Assembly (NCBI GenBank): GCA_002269645.1
Contig: NIVC01003217.1
Span: 1 to 64,000 of the forward strand
Source of the DNA: Macrostomum lignano
Taxonomy: Eukaryota
DNA length: 64,000 nucleotides
Direction of reading: 5' to 3'
Notes under the pieces: model-generated
Databases searched by the model: none
What the model was told of the DNA's origin: nothing
Seen by the model: the letters and a program-made list of their open reading frames with translations, nothing else
Program-made: the position numbers and the translations under genes
Part shown: positions 25,028-43,014 of the stretch, in pieces
Layout: every line of letters begins with the position of its first letter
Numbering within the stretch: the stretch's first letter is position 1

Positions 25028-28000
25028 GTCTGTCACTGTCTGTCTGTCTGTCTCTCTGTCTGTCTGTCTGTCTGTCTGTGTCTGTCTGTCTGTTCGTCTG
25101 TCTGTCTGTCCTTCTCTCTGTCTGTCTGTCTGTCTGTCTGTCTGTGTCTGTCTGTCTGTGGATCCATCCATCTCTGAAACGAGAAGTAGAACTTGTTTAC
25201 GATGACTATAAGTGTAATTTATGTAATCCTACAGCTAAATTATCATCTTATCTAACTAAGGAATAAAAGTTATCTATCTCAACCGCCTACAGATAGCGCA
25301 GAAATCCTGCTCAGCTTCGCCCGCTTCATCACAGCCTATTTCGACGATCCTCGTATAGTGAGCTCGGAGACTCGCGAACTGTTCCTGTCTAATCTGGTTG
25401 TGCTCACCTGCGAGCCTGACTTCATCGAGGCGCTACAAAGATTCAGCCAGGATGAAGCGGCTTCCCTAGTAAAGTCTTTGTTGCTACCGGCTTCGTCAGA
25501 TTCCGGCTATAGCAGGCGCTGGTTTCTCACTAATCGAGTCCTGGTTCGATTCTGGAAAGGCGACGGGTTCGCGTTTCGGTACGCCGAAGAGCCAGACGAC
25601 TTGGCTGACGCTTCCGGCGAGGCTGGCAGCGCCGGCGGCAGCGGCGGTGGTGGCGACCTGATGAAGCAGCTGGCTGCCAATCGGTTGTTTAATACGACTC
25701 CGACTCCGAAGAGCTTTGATTTAGGTGAGTTTTTGGTTTCTAGTGGGAGCCCAGGGATCCTTCATTTATTTTCTAGATGCTCAAACTGGTCCCAATTCTT
25801 CCCATTCCCAGATCTTCAGCTTGCTCCCATTTATTCCCATTCCGTGATCTTCAAACTGGTCCTAAATTCTTCTCATTGTCTGACCCTCTAACTAGTCTTC
25901 TAAACTCCCGAGACTCATCCTATTCCTAGATTCCTACTGATCCTATTCCCAGATTCCCAGTAGACTGATCCTATTCCCAGATCCCCAAACTGATCCTATT
26001 CCCAGATTCCCAGTAGACTGATCCTATTCCCAGATCCCCAAACTGATCCTATTCCCAGATCCCCAATTTTATCCTATTCCCAGATTCCCAAACTGATCCT
26101 ATTCCCAGATCCCCAATTTTATCCTATTCCCAGATCCCCAAACTGATCCTATTCCCAGATCCCCAAACTGATCCTATTCCCAGATCCTCAAACTGATCCT
26201 ATTCCCAGATCCTCAAACTGATCCTATTCCCAGATCCCCAAACTGATCCTATTCCCAGATCCCCAAACTGATCCTATTCCCAGATCCCCAAACTGATCCT
26301 ATTCCCAGATCCTCAAACTGATCCTATTCCTAGATTCCCTAGGACTCATCCTATTCCCAGATCCCTAGACTGATCTTATTCCCACATCCCAAATCTGATC
26401 CTATTCCCAGATTCTCGAACTGATCCTATTCCCAGATCCCTAATATGATCCTATTCCCAGTTACCCAAACTGATCCTATTCCCAGACCCCAATTTGATCC
26501 TATTCCCAGATCCCTAATATGATCCTATTCCCAGATCCCCTAACTGATCCTATTCCCAGATTCCCGAACTGATCCTATGTTTAAATCCCTTCACCATTCT
26601 AAGATCTTTAGGTTTGCTAATTTTTCTTTCCACCTCCAAGTTATTAGGTTGAGTCGTTTCTCCCATTGCAGACCCGTATCCTTCGGCATTTTATCAGCGC
26701 CAAATCCGCGCCCTCCTGGTCTCCGACCCGGCATTGCAACGTCAAATTGTCGATTTCCTGCTTAACAAGCTCAATCTGAGCTTCTCAGACTACCTGTCTG
26801 TGTCGCAGGACAGCCGGAATGCCGCCTCAGCCGCCGGAGCCGCCATCAGCAGTCGGCGAGCCAAAGTGCTGTCTGGCTTCCTCGACATGACAGTCGTGCT
26901 GGTCCGGGCGCTCGAGATGGTGGCGCATTTAACGCCTGAGTTCTTTGTGCAACCAACTTCTAGCTTGTTTTTGAGCCGGCTGAGCCAGGTAGCTTACTGG
27001 AAGCTTTCGCTATGTTGCTATATGGAAGGTGCAATCTGTGCTGCTATGGGAGATGGGATCTGTGTTTCTGTGGGAACAGAAGATGGGATTCGTGTTGTTA
27101 TGGGAGATGGGATCTGTGTTGCCATGGGAGATGGGATCTGTGCTGCTATGGGAGATGGGATCTGTGTTGCCATGGGAGATGGGATCTGTGTTGCCATGGG
27201 AGATGGGATCTGTGTTGCCATGGAAACGGAATATGGGATATGTGTTGCTATGGGAACGGGAGATGGGCTGTGTTGCTATGGGAACGGGAGATGGGCTGTG
27301 TTGCTATGGGAACGGGAGATGGGCTGTGTTGCTATGGGAACGGGAGATGGGCTGTGTTGCTATGGGAACGGGAGATGGGATCTGTGTTGCTACGGGAATG
27401 GGGGATGGAATCGCTGTTGCTATGGGAGATGGGAACTGTGTTGCTATGGTAATGGAAGATGGGATCTGTGTTGCTGTAGGAACGGGAGATGGGATTTGTG
27501 TTGCTATGGGAACGGGGGATGGAATCTGTTTTTATGGTAGATGAAATCTTGTTGCTACGGGAACAGGAGATGGGATCTGTTGCTATGGGAGATTAGAAAT
27601 TTAGTCTATTACTAAGTTTTCAAGTCCCAAGGTAAAATTAGGTGATTGGGGTCTGTTGCTATGGTGTGAGAATGGGATCTGTTGCTAGGCTTTTAGAAAG
27701 AAATCGGCTGCTAGATAATGCGGCAAATAAATAAGAGTTTACTTGATTTGGCAAGTCTCATTCATTCGCACACAACTAAGCAATGGAAATCCCCCCTACA
27801 CAACCGCAGGTTGCTGGCCAGATCATGCTCCGATTGCCAAGCATCTGTGGCGCCACTGGCCTGTTCCCCTGCTAGCGGGCGTCTGCGGCCTTCTCCGCGA
27901 GCTCACGGCCGGTTCAGGGTCAGCCTCATCAGCGGCAACCCGCCGACAGACTGTATTGAGCAGTTTAAAAAGCGAAGCGTGTTTAAATTCGCGCACACTG

Positions 28001-28324
28001 ACTAAAGTGTACGAAGTTTTAGCCGCCTATGCTACTAAGGGTGACGAAGAAGGTCTGGTCACCTCAGCGGAGCTGGAATTTGTCAAACAACTCGGCGAAG
28101 ATCTGGACAGCCTAGTTGAAGACTCAGAGTTGACCGGCTGCTCAGAGGACGATCTGTGTCCAATCTGCTACGCGCACAAGCTCAGCGTAGTGTTCAAACC
28201 GTGCGGCCACCGCTCCTGCGGCTCCTGCATCGCGTTGCAGCTTAGCAACAAACGAGAATGCTTCTTCTGTAAGGCGGCCGTGAAAAAAGTTGAAGATTTC
28301 TCTGGCAATCAGATTAAAATGTAG
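14718..28324 (+). CDS. RNF123: E3 ubiquitin ligase RNF123/KPC1 (SPRY + C-terminal RING-HC), 15 coding exons
   Basis: Exons 14718..14724, 14791..14866, 14969..15051, 16027..16274, 16806..16892, 17851..18044, 18845..19187, 19993..20121, 20722..20967, 21552..21902, 22673..23008, 24192..24933, 25293..25724, 26672..26988, 27810..28324, all GT-AG and phase-compatible. SPRY motifs: [40 protein letters not shown]. Also [26 protein letters not shown] and [28 protein letters not shown]...CFFCK. One apparent frameshift near 27866. The start exon is less certain. Confidence 0.93.
15165..15945. repeat. Minisatellite, ~22-bp unit ATCCCAAATCCCACAGCTAATA (RNF123 intron 3)
   Basis: Direct reading. Confidence 0.95.
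16335..16735. repeat. Minisatellite, 23-bp unit CATGAGATTCGTTTCTTAGCTTC (intron 4)
   Basis: Direct reading. Confidence 0.95.
16925..17525. repeat. G-rich minisatellite, 21-bp unit GGGGAAGAGGGAGTGGGATTT (intron 5)
   Basis: Direct reading. Confidence 0.95.
18165..18797. repeat. Minisatellite, 56-bp unit AACAGTAGGTTGAGTATCGGGTATTTAATCACCAGCAATCTAATCTTCTTACTACT (intron 6)
   Basis: Period 56 checked at 18460/18516. Confidence 0.95.
19272..19765. repeat. Minisatellite, 30-bp unit ACTAATCTGCTCCTGAGAGAATCTCGCCCT (intron 7)
   Basis: Direct reading. Confidence 0.95.
20170..20625. repeat. Minisatellite, 23-bp unit GAGATTCGTCCTCTAGCCACTAT (intron 8)
   Basis: Direct reading; shares ATGAGATTCGT...TAGC with the intron 4 unit. 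Confidence 0.95.
21035..21520. repeat. Degenerate CTCTACCACAC-type repeat (intron 9), interrupted by a MITE
   Basis: Recurrent CTCTAC/CCACAC/CCTACC motifs. Confidence 0.7.
21174..21347. mobile_element. 174-bp palindromic hAT-like MITE
   Basis: 8-bp TSD CCTAGGTC at 21166..21173 and 21348..21355. Near-perfect long inverted arms; same family as 6791..7387. Confidence 0.8.
22010..22560 (-). repeat. Minisatellite, 25-bp unit GATTCGAACCCCAGACCTTCATAGA (intron 10); the reverse complement is a tRNA/SINE B-box segment
   Basis: About 20 copies; the reverse complement TGAAGGTCTGGGGTTCGAATC matches the SINE head at 28578..28598 at 19/21 nt. Confidence 0.9.
23065..24175. repeat. Minisatellite, 28-bp unit CCAGCCTCCCAGAGTGTCAGTTGCTGGA (intron 11)
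   Basis: Direct reading; explains the three long repetitive ORFs at 23100..24191. Confidence 0.95.
24938..25160. repeat. (GTCT)n microsatellite starting directly at the intron 12 donor
   Basis: GTGAGT followed by CTGTCTGTCT... Confidence 0.95.
25905..26577. repeat. Minisatellite, 25-bp unit ACTGATCCTATTCCCAGATCCCCAA (intron 13)
   Basis: Direct reading. Confidence 0.95.
27035..27690. repeat. Minisatellite, 24/30-bp unit ATGGGAGATGGGATCTGTGTTGCC (intron 14)
   Basis: Direct reading. Confidence 0.93.
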
Positions 28325-28525
28325 ATTGATTGAGTTGGCTTTTGTAAGTGTCTGATATCGATTTTTTGACTCTTGTTGACTGCCTCTTTTGATTGTATTT
28401 TATAATAGCTTGTACAAGGGCTGATTGTTGGGATAGTGGCTCTGAGGCGACTGTTGAGTCACGTCAGTTGTAAAATCTTTCATCCAGAAGTCGTGTTGAC
28501 GCTTAACTTCCAACTAACTCAAGTA

Positions 28526-28818
28526 ATCATGACGTATAATAATGTAGCCTAGTGCTTAGAGCTTCGGACTCACAACTTGAAGGTCGGGGGTTCGATTCCC
28601 GATATCACCACCGGAAAAATTTTTTGTCTTTGAGAAAAACACTTAAAACTTAAAATGGGTGCGCCAGCGTTAGCTGGGGTAGTTGAGGGTGTGTGGCGCC
28701 CCCTCCCCCCCAGTCCATGGACTGAACAGCCGTACGCAGCCTTCAGATGCGCCGCGCAATAGCTGCGGCTGAGCTGTCAGTTGCACATCTGGCCCAATTG
28801 GAGCAGGTGTAATCGGTT
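28526..28818 (+). mobile_element. Full-length tRNA-derived SINE (~293 bp)
   Basis: A box TAGCCTAGTGCTTAGAGC and B box GGTTCGATTCC, with an elongator tRNA-Met-like CTCACAACTTGAAGGTC between them. CORE-like TTTGTCTTTGAGAAAAACACTTAA...AAAATGGG. The 3' body is shared with 1411..1574. Probable 13-bp TSD ACTAACT(C/G)AAGTA at 28513..28525 and 28819..28831. Confidence 0.85.
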
Positions 28819-29485
28819 ACTAACTGAAGTAGACTAAAAAGAGTTCTTACTGAACTGTTAATGCGAAATGCGATTCTGAATTCATAAAGTGACGCAGATG
28901 CAACTCAGTGACTCTACAATGACTCCAGCAGGCCTCGGATACGACTCTACGGCCCCTACGGTTTAGTAGGCCACAATTTGCTACATTTAGATACAGCTGT
29001 AACCAGGGTAGGCCTCTCTATAACTATCCCATCACTTAGCAGCCGCTGTACGAGCTTATTATAGTTGCTATTAATGATATTATCATTATGAATAGTTTCT
29101 TAGCCAACCAACTGATGTTTTTTGACTATCTTGACCACTTCTCATGGATAATCGTGTGTGTGTGTGTGTGTGTCTTTACTTTGATTGTGGCCTACTAAAC
29201 ATTTGTTATAATCAGTGTTGTTTAAATGTATTTTCCATTTTTTATTGCACACTTTTCATATGCAATCCCAGAAGATGTACAGAGCACCCTCTTTCGTGTA
29301 ATCATAATATCCAGATCTACCTGTCAGCTGTACGAGCTATCGACTTGTTTGAATTCTCTAATTGAGCTAAGTATTTTTGTGATTTTCAATTTTTTGTATC
29401 TGTAATTTTTATGACCCAGTTTTATTCCTCTTCTGTCTGTTACCAGCTAAGCTGAGTCTGTGTGTTATATGTGGTTTAAAAATGT

Positions 29486-30110
29486 CTGACTGACTGACTG
29501 ACTGACTGACTGACTGACTGACTGACTGACTGACTGACTGACTGACTGACTGACTGACTGACTGACTGACTGACTGACTGACTGACTGACTGACTGACTG
29601 ACTGACTGACTGACTGACTGACTGACTGACTGACTGACTGACTGACTGACTGACTGACTTGAGTGACTGACTGACTGACTGACTGGCTGACTGACTGACT
29701 GACTGACTGACTGACTGACTGACTGACTGACTGACTGACTGACTGACTGACTGACTGACTGACTGACTGACTGACTGACTGACTGACTGACTGACTTGAG
29801 TGACTGACTGACTGACTGACTGACTGACTTGAGTGACTGACTGACTGACTGACTGACTGACTGACTGACTGACTGACTGACTGACTGACTGACTGACTGA
29901 CTGACTGACTGACTGACTGACTGACTGACTGACTGACTGACTGACTGACTGACTGACTGACTGACTGACTGACTGACTGACTGACTGACTGACTGACTGA
30001 CTGACTGACTGACTGACTGACTGACTGACTGACTGACTGACTGACTGACTGACTGACTGACTGACTGACTGACTGACTGACTGACTGACTGACTGGCTGA
30101 CTGACTGACT

Positions 30111-30161
<51 letters not shown>

Positions 30162-30387
30162 TGACTGACTGACTGACTGACTGACTGACTGACTGACTGA
30201 CTGACTGACTGACTGACTGACTGACTGACTGACTGACTGACTGACTGACTGACTGACTGACTGACTGACTGACTGACTGACTGACTGACTGACTGACTTG
30301 AGTGAGTGGGTGACTGACTGACTGACTGACTGACTGACTGACTGACTGGCTGACTGACTGACTGACTGACTGACTGACTGACTGACT

Positions 30388-30446
<59 letters not shown>

Positions 30447-30511
30447 TGACTGACTGACTGACTGACTGACTGACTGACTGACTGACTGACTGACTGACTG
30501 ACTGACTGACT

Positions 30512-30570
<59 letters not shown>

Positions 30571-30667
30571 TGACTGACTGACTGACTGACTGACTGACTG
30601 ACTGACTGACTGACTGACTGACTGACTGACTGACTGACTGACTGACTGACTGACTGACTGACTGACT

Positions 30668-30726
<59 letters not shown>

Positions 30727-30932
30727 TGACTGACTGACTGACTGACTGACTGACTGACTGACTGACTGACTGACTGACTGACTGACTGACTGACTGACTG
30801 ACTGACTGACTGACTGACTGACTGACTGACTGACTGACTGACTTGAGTGAGTGGGTGACTGACTGACTGACTGACTGACTGACTGACTGACTGGCTGACT
30901 GACTGACTGACTGACTGACTGACTGACTGACT

Positions 30933-30991
<59 letters not shown>

Positions 30992-31056
30992 TGACTGACT
31001 GACTGACTGACTGACTGACTGACTGACTGACTGACTGACTGACTGACTGACTGACT

Positions 31057-31107
<51 letters not shown>

Positions 31108-31149
31108 TGACTGACTGACTGACTGACTGACTTGAGTGACTGACTGACT

Positions 31150-31208
<59 letters not shown>

Positions 31209-32980
31209 TGACTGACTGACTGACTGACTGACTGACTGACTGACTGACTGACTGACTGACTGACTGACTGACTGACTGACTGACTGACTGACTGACTGAC
31301 TGACTTGAGTGACTGACTGACTGACTGACTGACTGACTGACTGGCTGACTGACTGACTGACTGACTGACTGACTGACTGACTGACTGACTGACTGACTGA
31401 CTGACTGACTGACTTGAGTGACTGACTGACTGACTGACTGACTGACTGACTGACTGACTGACTGACTGACTGACTGGCTGACTGACTGACTGACTGACTG
31501 ACTGACTGACTGACTGACTGACTGACTGACTGACTGACTGACTGACTGACTGACTGACTGACTGACTGACTGACTGACTGACTGACTGACTGACTGACTT
31601 GAGTGACTGACTGACTGACTGACTGGCTGACTGACTGACTGACTGACTGACTGACTGACTGACTGACTGACTGACTGACTGACTGACTGACTGACTGACT
31701 GACTGACTGACTGACTGACTGACTGACTGACTTGAGTGACTGACTGACTGACTGACTGACTGACTTGAGTGACTGACTGACTGACTGACTGACTGACTGA
31801 CTGACTGACTGACTGACTGACTGACTGACTGACTGACTGACTGGCTGACTGACTGACTGACTGACTGACTGACTGACTGACTGACTGACTGACTGACTGA
31901 CTGACTGACTGACTGACTGACTGACTGACTGACTGACTGACTGACTGACTGACTGACTGACTGACTGACTGACTGACTGACTTGAGTGACTGACTGACTG
32001 ACTGACTGACTGACTGACTGACTGACTGACTGACTGACTGACTGACTGACTGACTGACTGACTGACTGACTGACTGACTGACTGACTGACTGACTGACTG
32101 ACTGACTGACTGACTGACTGACTGACTGACTGACTGACTGACTGACTGACTGACTGACTGACTGACTGACTTGAGTGACTGACTGACTGACTGACTGACT
32201 GACTTGAGTGACTGACTGACTGACTGACTGACTGACTGACTGACTGACTGACTGACTGACTGACTGACTGACTGACTGACTGGCTGACTGACTGACTGAC
32301 TGACTGACTGACTGACTGACTGACTGACTGACTGACTGACTGACTGACTGACTGACTGACTGACTGACTGACTGACTGACTGACTGACTTGAGTGACTGA
32401 CTGACTGACTGACTGACTGACTGACTGACTGACTGACTGACTGACTGACTGACTGACTGACTGACTGACTGACTGACTGACTGACTGACTGACTGACTGA
32501 CTGACTGACTGACTGACTGACTGACTGACTGACTGACTGACTGACTGACTGACTGACTGACTGACTGACTGACTGACTGACTGACTGACTGACTGACTGA
32601 CTGACTGACTGACTGACTGACTGACTGACTGACTGACTGACTGACTGACTGACTGACTGACTGACTGACTGACTGACTGACTGACTGACTGACTGACTGA
32701 CTGACTGACTGACTGACTGACTGACTGACTGACTGACTGACTGACTGACTGACTGACTGACTGACTGACTGACTGACTGACTGACTGACTGACTGACTGA
32801 CTGACTGACTGACTGACTGACTGACTGACTGACTGACTGACTGACTGACTGACTGACTGACTGACTGACTGACTGACTGACTGACTGACTGACTGACTGA
32901 CTGACTGACTGACTGACTGACTGACTGACTGACTGACTGACTGACTGACTGACTGACTGACTGACTGACTGACTGACTGA
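29486..32980. repeat. Giant (ACTG)n tetranucleotide array, ~3.5 kb, with higher-order structure
   Basis: Direct reading; the variants TTGAGTGAGTGGG, CTGGC and TTAC recur at 545-bp spacing (30298/30843, 30346/30891, 30411/30956). Confidence 0.98.
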
Positions 32981-33599
32981 TCCGTTACAATTGGCGCCTT
33001 TCCGTACTACTTACTATTTACGATTATTAAGAATAATAATGATAGCTTTGTAAATTTTATCTTATTATATTATCCTGTGTAGTGTGTATATTAGTTAAAC
33101 TAATTGTGTTTTCATCTTAAACTAAAAAAAAAAACAAATCAGGATTAAAAGGCTTATATAGATTTTCTTGGTCTTTGATGTTGATTATCTGTCCTCGCGT
33201 ACACCACCAGTTATGATACATTTTTCATGCGCTATAAAGAATCTTGATTAGCTGTAGCTTTTTACTGTTGCTATTCCGTATATACTTGTACTAAATGCTT
33301 TTTACTCTAGAGCACTCAAGCTGAATTAGCTGTACGTACAATAAGCTAATATTGCCACCATATTTCCTTTCTTTCTCTGCGATAAATATATCGTGTTCAT
33401 AAGAGCATAAAATCTATTTAATAATCAGCACCCGCTATGCACGGTGTAGTTGGCGTTCAGTTTTACTACTAGTTTTACTAATATCAAACATTTCGGGTTT
33501 GTTTTTGTTGATCTATTCCTTTAATTAGTAGCTATAGCAAAAATACAGGTCTGATTTGAATAACTGCACAGTAGCTATCTAGAACGTTGATCGATATCT

Positions 33600-34020
33600 A
33601 ATTGTAGGAGCAATGCCTTGAATGATTCCCACAAGCCGAGGTTTTTTGCTGGTGCCTAATCTTCTGCAGATCCCTGTTCCTTGGTGTCCATGCGCCTAGT
33701 TCAGGACGCAATTTATAGAGCTGCTGGAGGTCCGATGAATATTGCTCTTTCCAAGCCACCCTATTCGAGCGCTGCCGCCGTGCCCCAGACGACAAGAAGA
33801 ACGAATAGCAGAATAACTAATAATAGTGAAGCTGAAAAAAAGAGCAACTGAAGAGATTTCACGCATCTAACAGAAGATGGAAGCAACAATACGAGCACTT
33901 TTGGCGGAGACTGAAGTTTCATAATTAATTCCTGTCCGGGAGCTGCGCAAATAGTCTCGGAAAAAATGAACAGAGCAAGCTGAACTAAGCTTAGATGAGC
34001 TGAGCTCACTTTTTGTGCTC
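33600..34020 (+). pseudogene. Possible decayed DNA-transposon (hAT-like) protein C-terminal remnant
   Basis: Frame-broken peptides SRGF...SLVSMRLVQDAIYRAAGGPMNIALSK and MEATIRALLAETE resemble remembered transposon-derived proteins (ERGFS...SLVAQRLVYDAI..GG..N). Multiple stops. Confidence 0.3.
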
Positions 34021-35861
34021 TTACAACTACACTAACTTTTAACTATTTTAAAAGCGTTAAACAAGAGTGTTTTTTTACATGTGCTGATCGTCACGAAGTC
34101 CAATTGTTAGTTTTTTATATGAAAATGAGAAATTATATATATAACTGAAAACTGTTAATCTAACCTGAAAATAGTCTAGACGCAACACGAAAAAAATTCT
34201 TGAAAACCTGGAAATCGAAACTAAATACATGGCGCGGACACCCTGACTCCCTGAGACTGCGGCCTGTGTAATCAATCGTCCAGTCGATCGATCGATCGTA
34301 CATAAATATACATGTACGAGCTCGTAGTTAAAATACATACGAACAGTCGGGGTGTTGTTGATTTTTATTGTACTCTTGAGTTTCAATTTGAAGATTTTTT
34401 GTATGATGATTTTGCTGTGTTTTTGAGTTCAATGCTTATTTGAACTAAAATATTCCTAAACTAATGGTGTCTTTCGTTTATGAGTTTTGTCACCTTTTGT
34501 TATAGTGAGTATTGTTTCGTAAGTTTAAAAACAGCACAGGTCCACCGAGCACCAAAAAAAAATAATTATCGCGTCGTCATCATCGCACGAAGCATATGAT
34601 ATACATCGTAGCTTTTTTAAAAACAGCAAAATTAGACAGTATTGCAAGTATATAATACAAAAGGCCTATAGAATATATAATATACGAAGTCTTAATATAC
34701 TGGTCAGGATACAAAACAAAAAATGTGACAAGTAATGCAAATGCAGATCGTTAAACTATGAATATTTTTTATTCATAGTTTGTAACTATGGATATAATAT
34801 TTTGTATAATTTTTATCATAAATTTAGTCCTTTATTCAATACTAAACCTAGTAGGGCCTACTTGAATCTATTTAGTAACTCTATAATTGATAATAAAAAA
34901 ATTGAAGTGGCTGCAATAATAACAATGTCAATATTAATCATTTTTATTAAGCCTAGATATATTAGCTATTCATTAATTATATTACTACCAGGCCAGGTTG
35001 TGGGGTAGGCTCTAGAGGAAGTACTGTTATTACTATTGTATCTATGTCTACTATATTATTGGTTAAATTGCAATTTGTCTTAGTAATAAGTAGGCCTGCC
35101 GCCTACGGCCTTAGCCTTAGGGCTAGGCCTAATCTATTATAATTTATAAGGCTAAAATCAAAGAATGTAGGACCTATACTATAATATATTAAAGTTATAT
35201 TATTTGAAACTTTTTAATTTTATTTTAAACTTAGCTTTATACCATTGTGCTTTATTTTTCTAATTCTAGCCTAGTATTTAATTGTAAATATTAATAGGCT
35301 ATATATCTAGACCCAAAATTGAATTGATAAGTCAAATAATTCAAATTTTAGATTTCTAGCCTAGGCCCTAGCCATTCTACACCATAGTCAAAAGTTAGGA
35401 TCATGTTATATCTATGTACCAAAAGTTACCTAATAATATTTTTGATTTTGCAATAACACTAGGTATACTAGACAGAATGCACTAATCACTAATGCACTGG
35501 GTTATACCTGTGGTAGGTCTAAAATCTCCTAGCCTTTGGCTTTAGCTTATTCTAGCATAGATACAAATATTTAGCTAAAAAATTACTAACATTTTTAAAT
35601 AAAACAGTTATATTCTATGACATTGACATGTTATCTTTTAATCTATATAACTAAAGCTGCCCTGTTTTTATATCCTAAACTTTCGACTAGGGGGGCCTAA
35701 AGTTTACTGTAAACATAGCTTAAAGCTAAAAGTCTAATATAGGTAGGTCTAGATTTCTAGATTTAGGCTCCAACTATTTCTAGTTACAAATACTTAAAGA
35801 TAACTAGGCTTGATTAAAACTTTTCTTTTCAGAAATCAAATTGTAATGTCAACATACTATA

Positions 35862-42138
<6,277 letters not shown>

Positions 42139-43014
42139 ACTGCAATTTTTTAATTTTTTCAAAATCTATTATGCTAAGTTGTATACTTTCAGCTTCCCTC
42201 AATCCCAATTTACCCTAACGTTAGAATTTTTGACAGTCCTCGATTGTAAATAATATATTTTTTTGTTTTCTTTCACAAAATTTTAAATACTATTGCGATA
42301 TTACACTTACCGATATAATGCAAAATTAGTTCCAGCTTTCGATCAACTTCTATTTTATAATATACGAGCTAAGATTCGATTCTCGATTTTTACAGCCTCC
42401 TTCATCTACTTTTCATAAAAAATATTTTAATGTTTATTATACCTATTTGATTGTGAATAATGGTGGTTAATGTAAATAGAACTTAATACTTTTGCTTTCT
42501 GAAATTTTATTAATATTTATCCTGGCTTTCGTTTAATTTTAAAATCGCGCCAATTTTGTTTTGAATAGTTATTTAACAAATTTTTAAAACGCATTTTCAT
42601 TATATTTTAATAATAGACTATAGAATTTTAACACATTGATTTTTATACGAATTATTATGTGTATAATTTAAGCCTACAAATGTACCTTCCCTCGTGTTGA
42701 GAATTTCTAAATGCAATTGTTGGTTTATAAAGGTGTAAAATTACCTGTGTCAAATAAAGCAAATTAAAAAAGCTAAGTTGGTTGCGCCTATTTTGTAAGT
42801 TGCTTTTTGCTTTAAAATAACTTTTTTAGTTTCAATACCTTTCTGTCTATTTTAAGTAGCTCACATAGGATTTTGTTATTAATCGAGAAAAACTAGAAAA
42901 GCTTTCAATAAAGATTTTTTTTATTGCGTGAGTTGTCTCTCAACTATTAAGTCGACTTATTGTGTACTTTTTACAGCGACTTCGCCAAGTATAACTAAAA
43001 TTAATAATTGAAAA

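Noticed and set aside
28535-28612. Functional tRNA gene
   Set aside because: The acceptor and anticodon stems do not pair well, and it continues into a SINE body with a TSD and other dispersed copies.
28715-28812. Hammerhead or HDV ribozyme in the SINE tail
   Set aside because: No CUGANGA/GAAA core and no HDV P1-P4 nested topology could be built by eye; kept only as an unclassified structured element.
29486-32980. Telomeric or interstitial telomere repeat
   Set aside because: ACTG/CAGT lacks the G-run of known metazoan telomere repeats.
33671-33850. Macro-domain exon (VQDAIYRAAGGP versus VDGAIHRAAGP)
   Set aside because: No preceding NAAN/GGG motif, an in-frame stop just upstream, and a transposon-remnant reading fits better.
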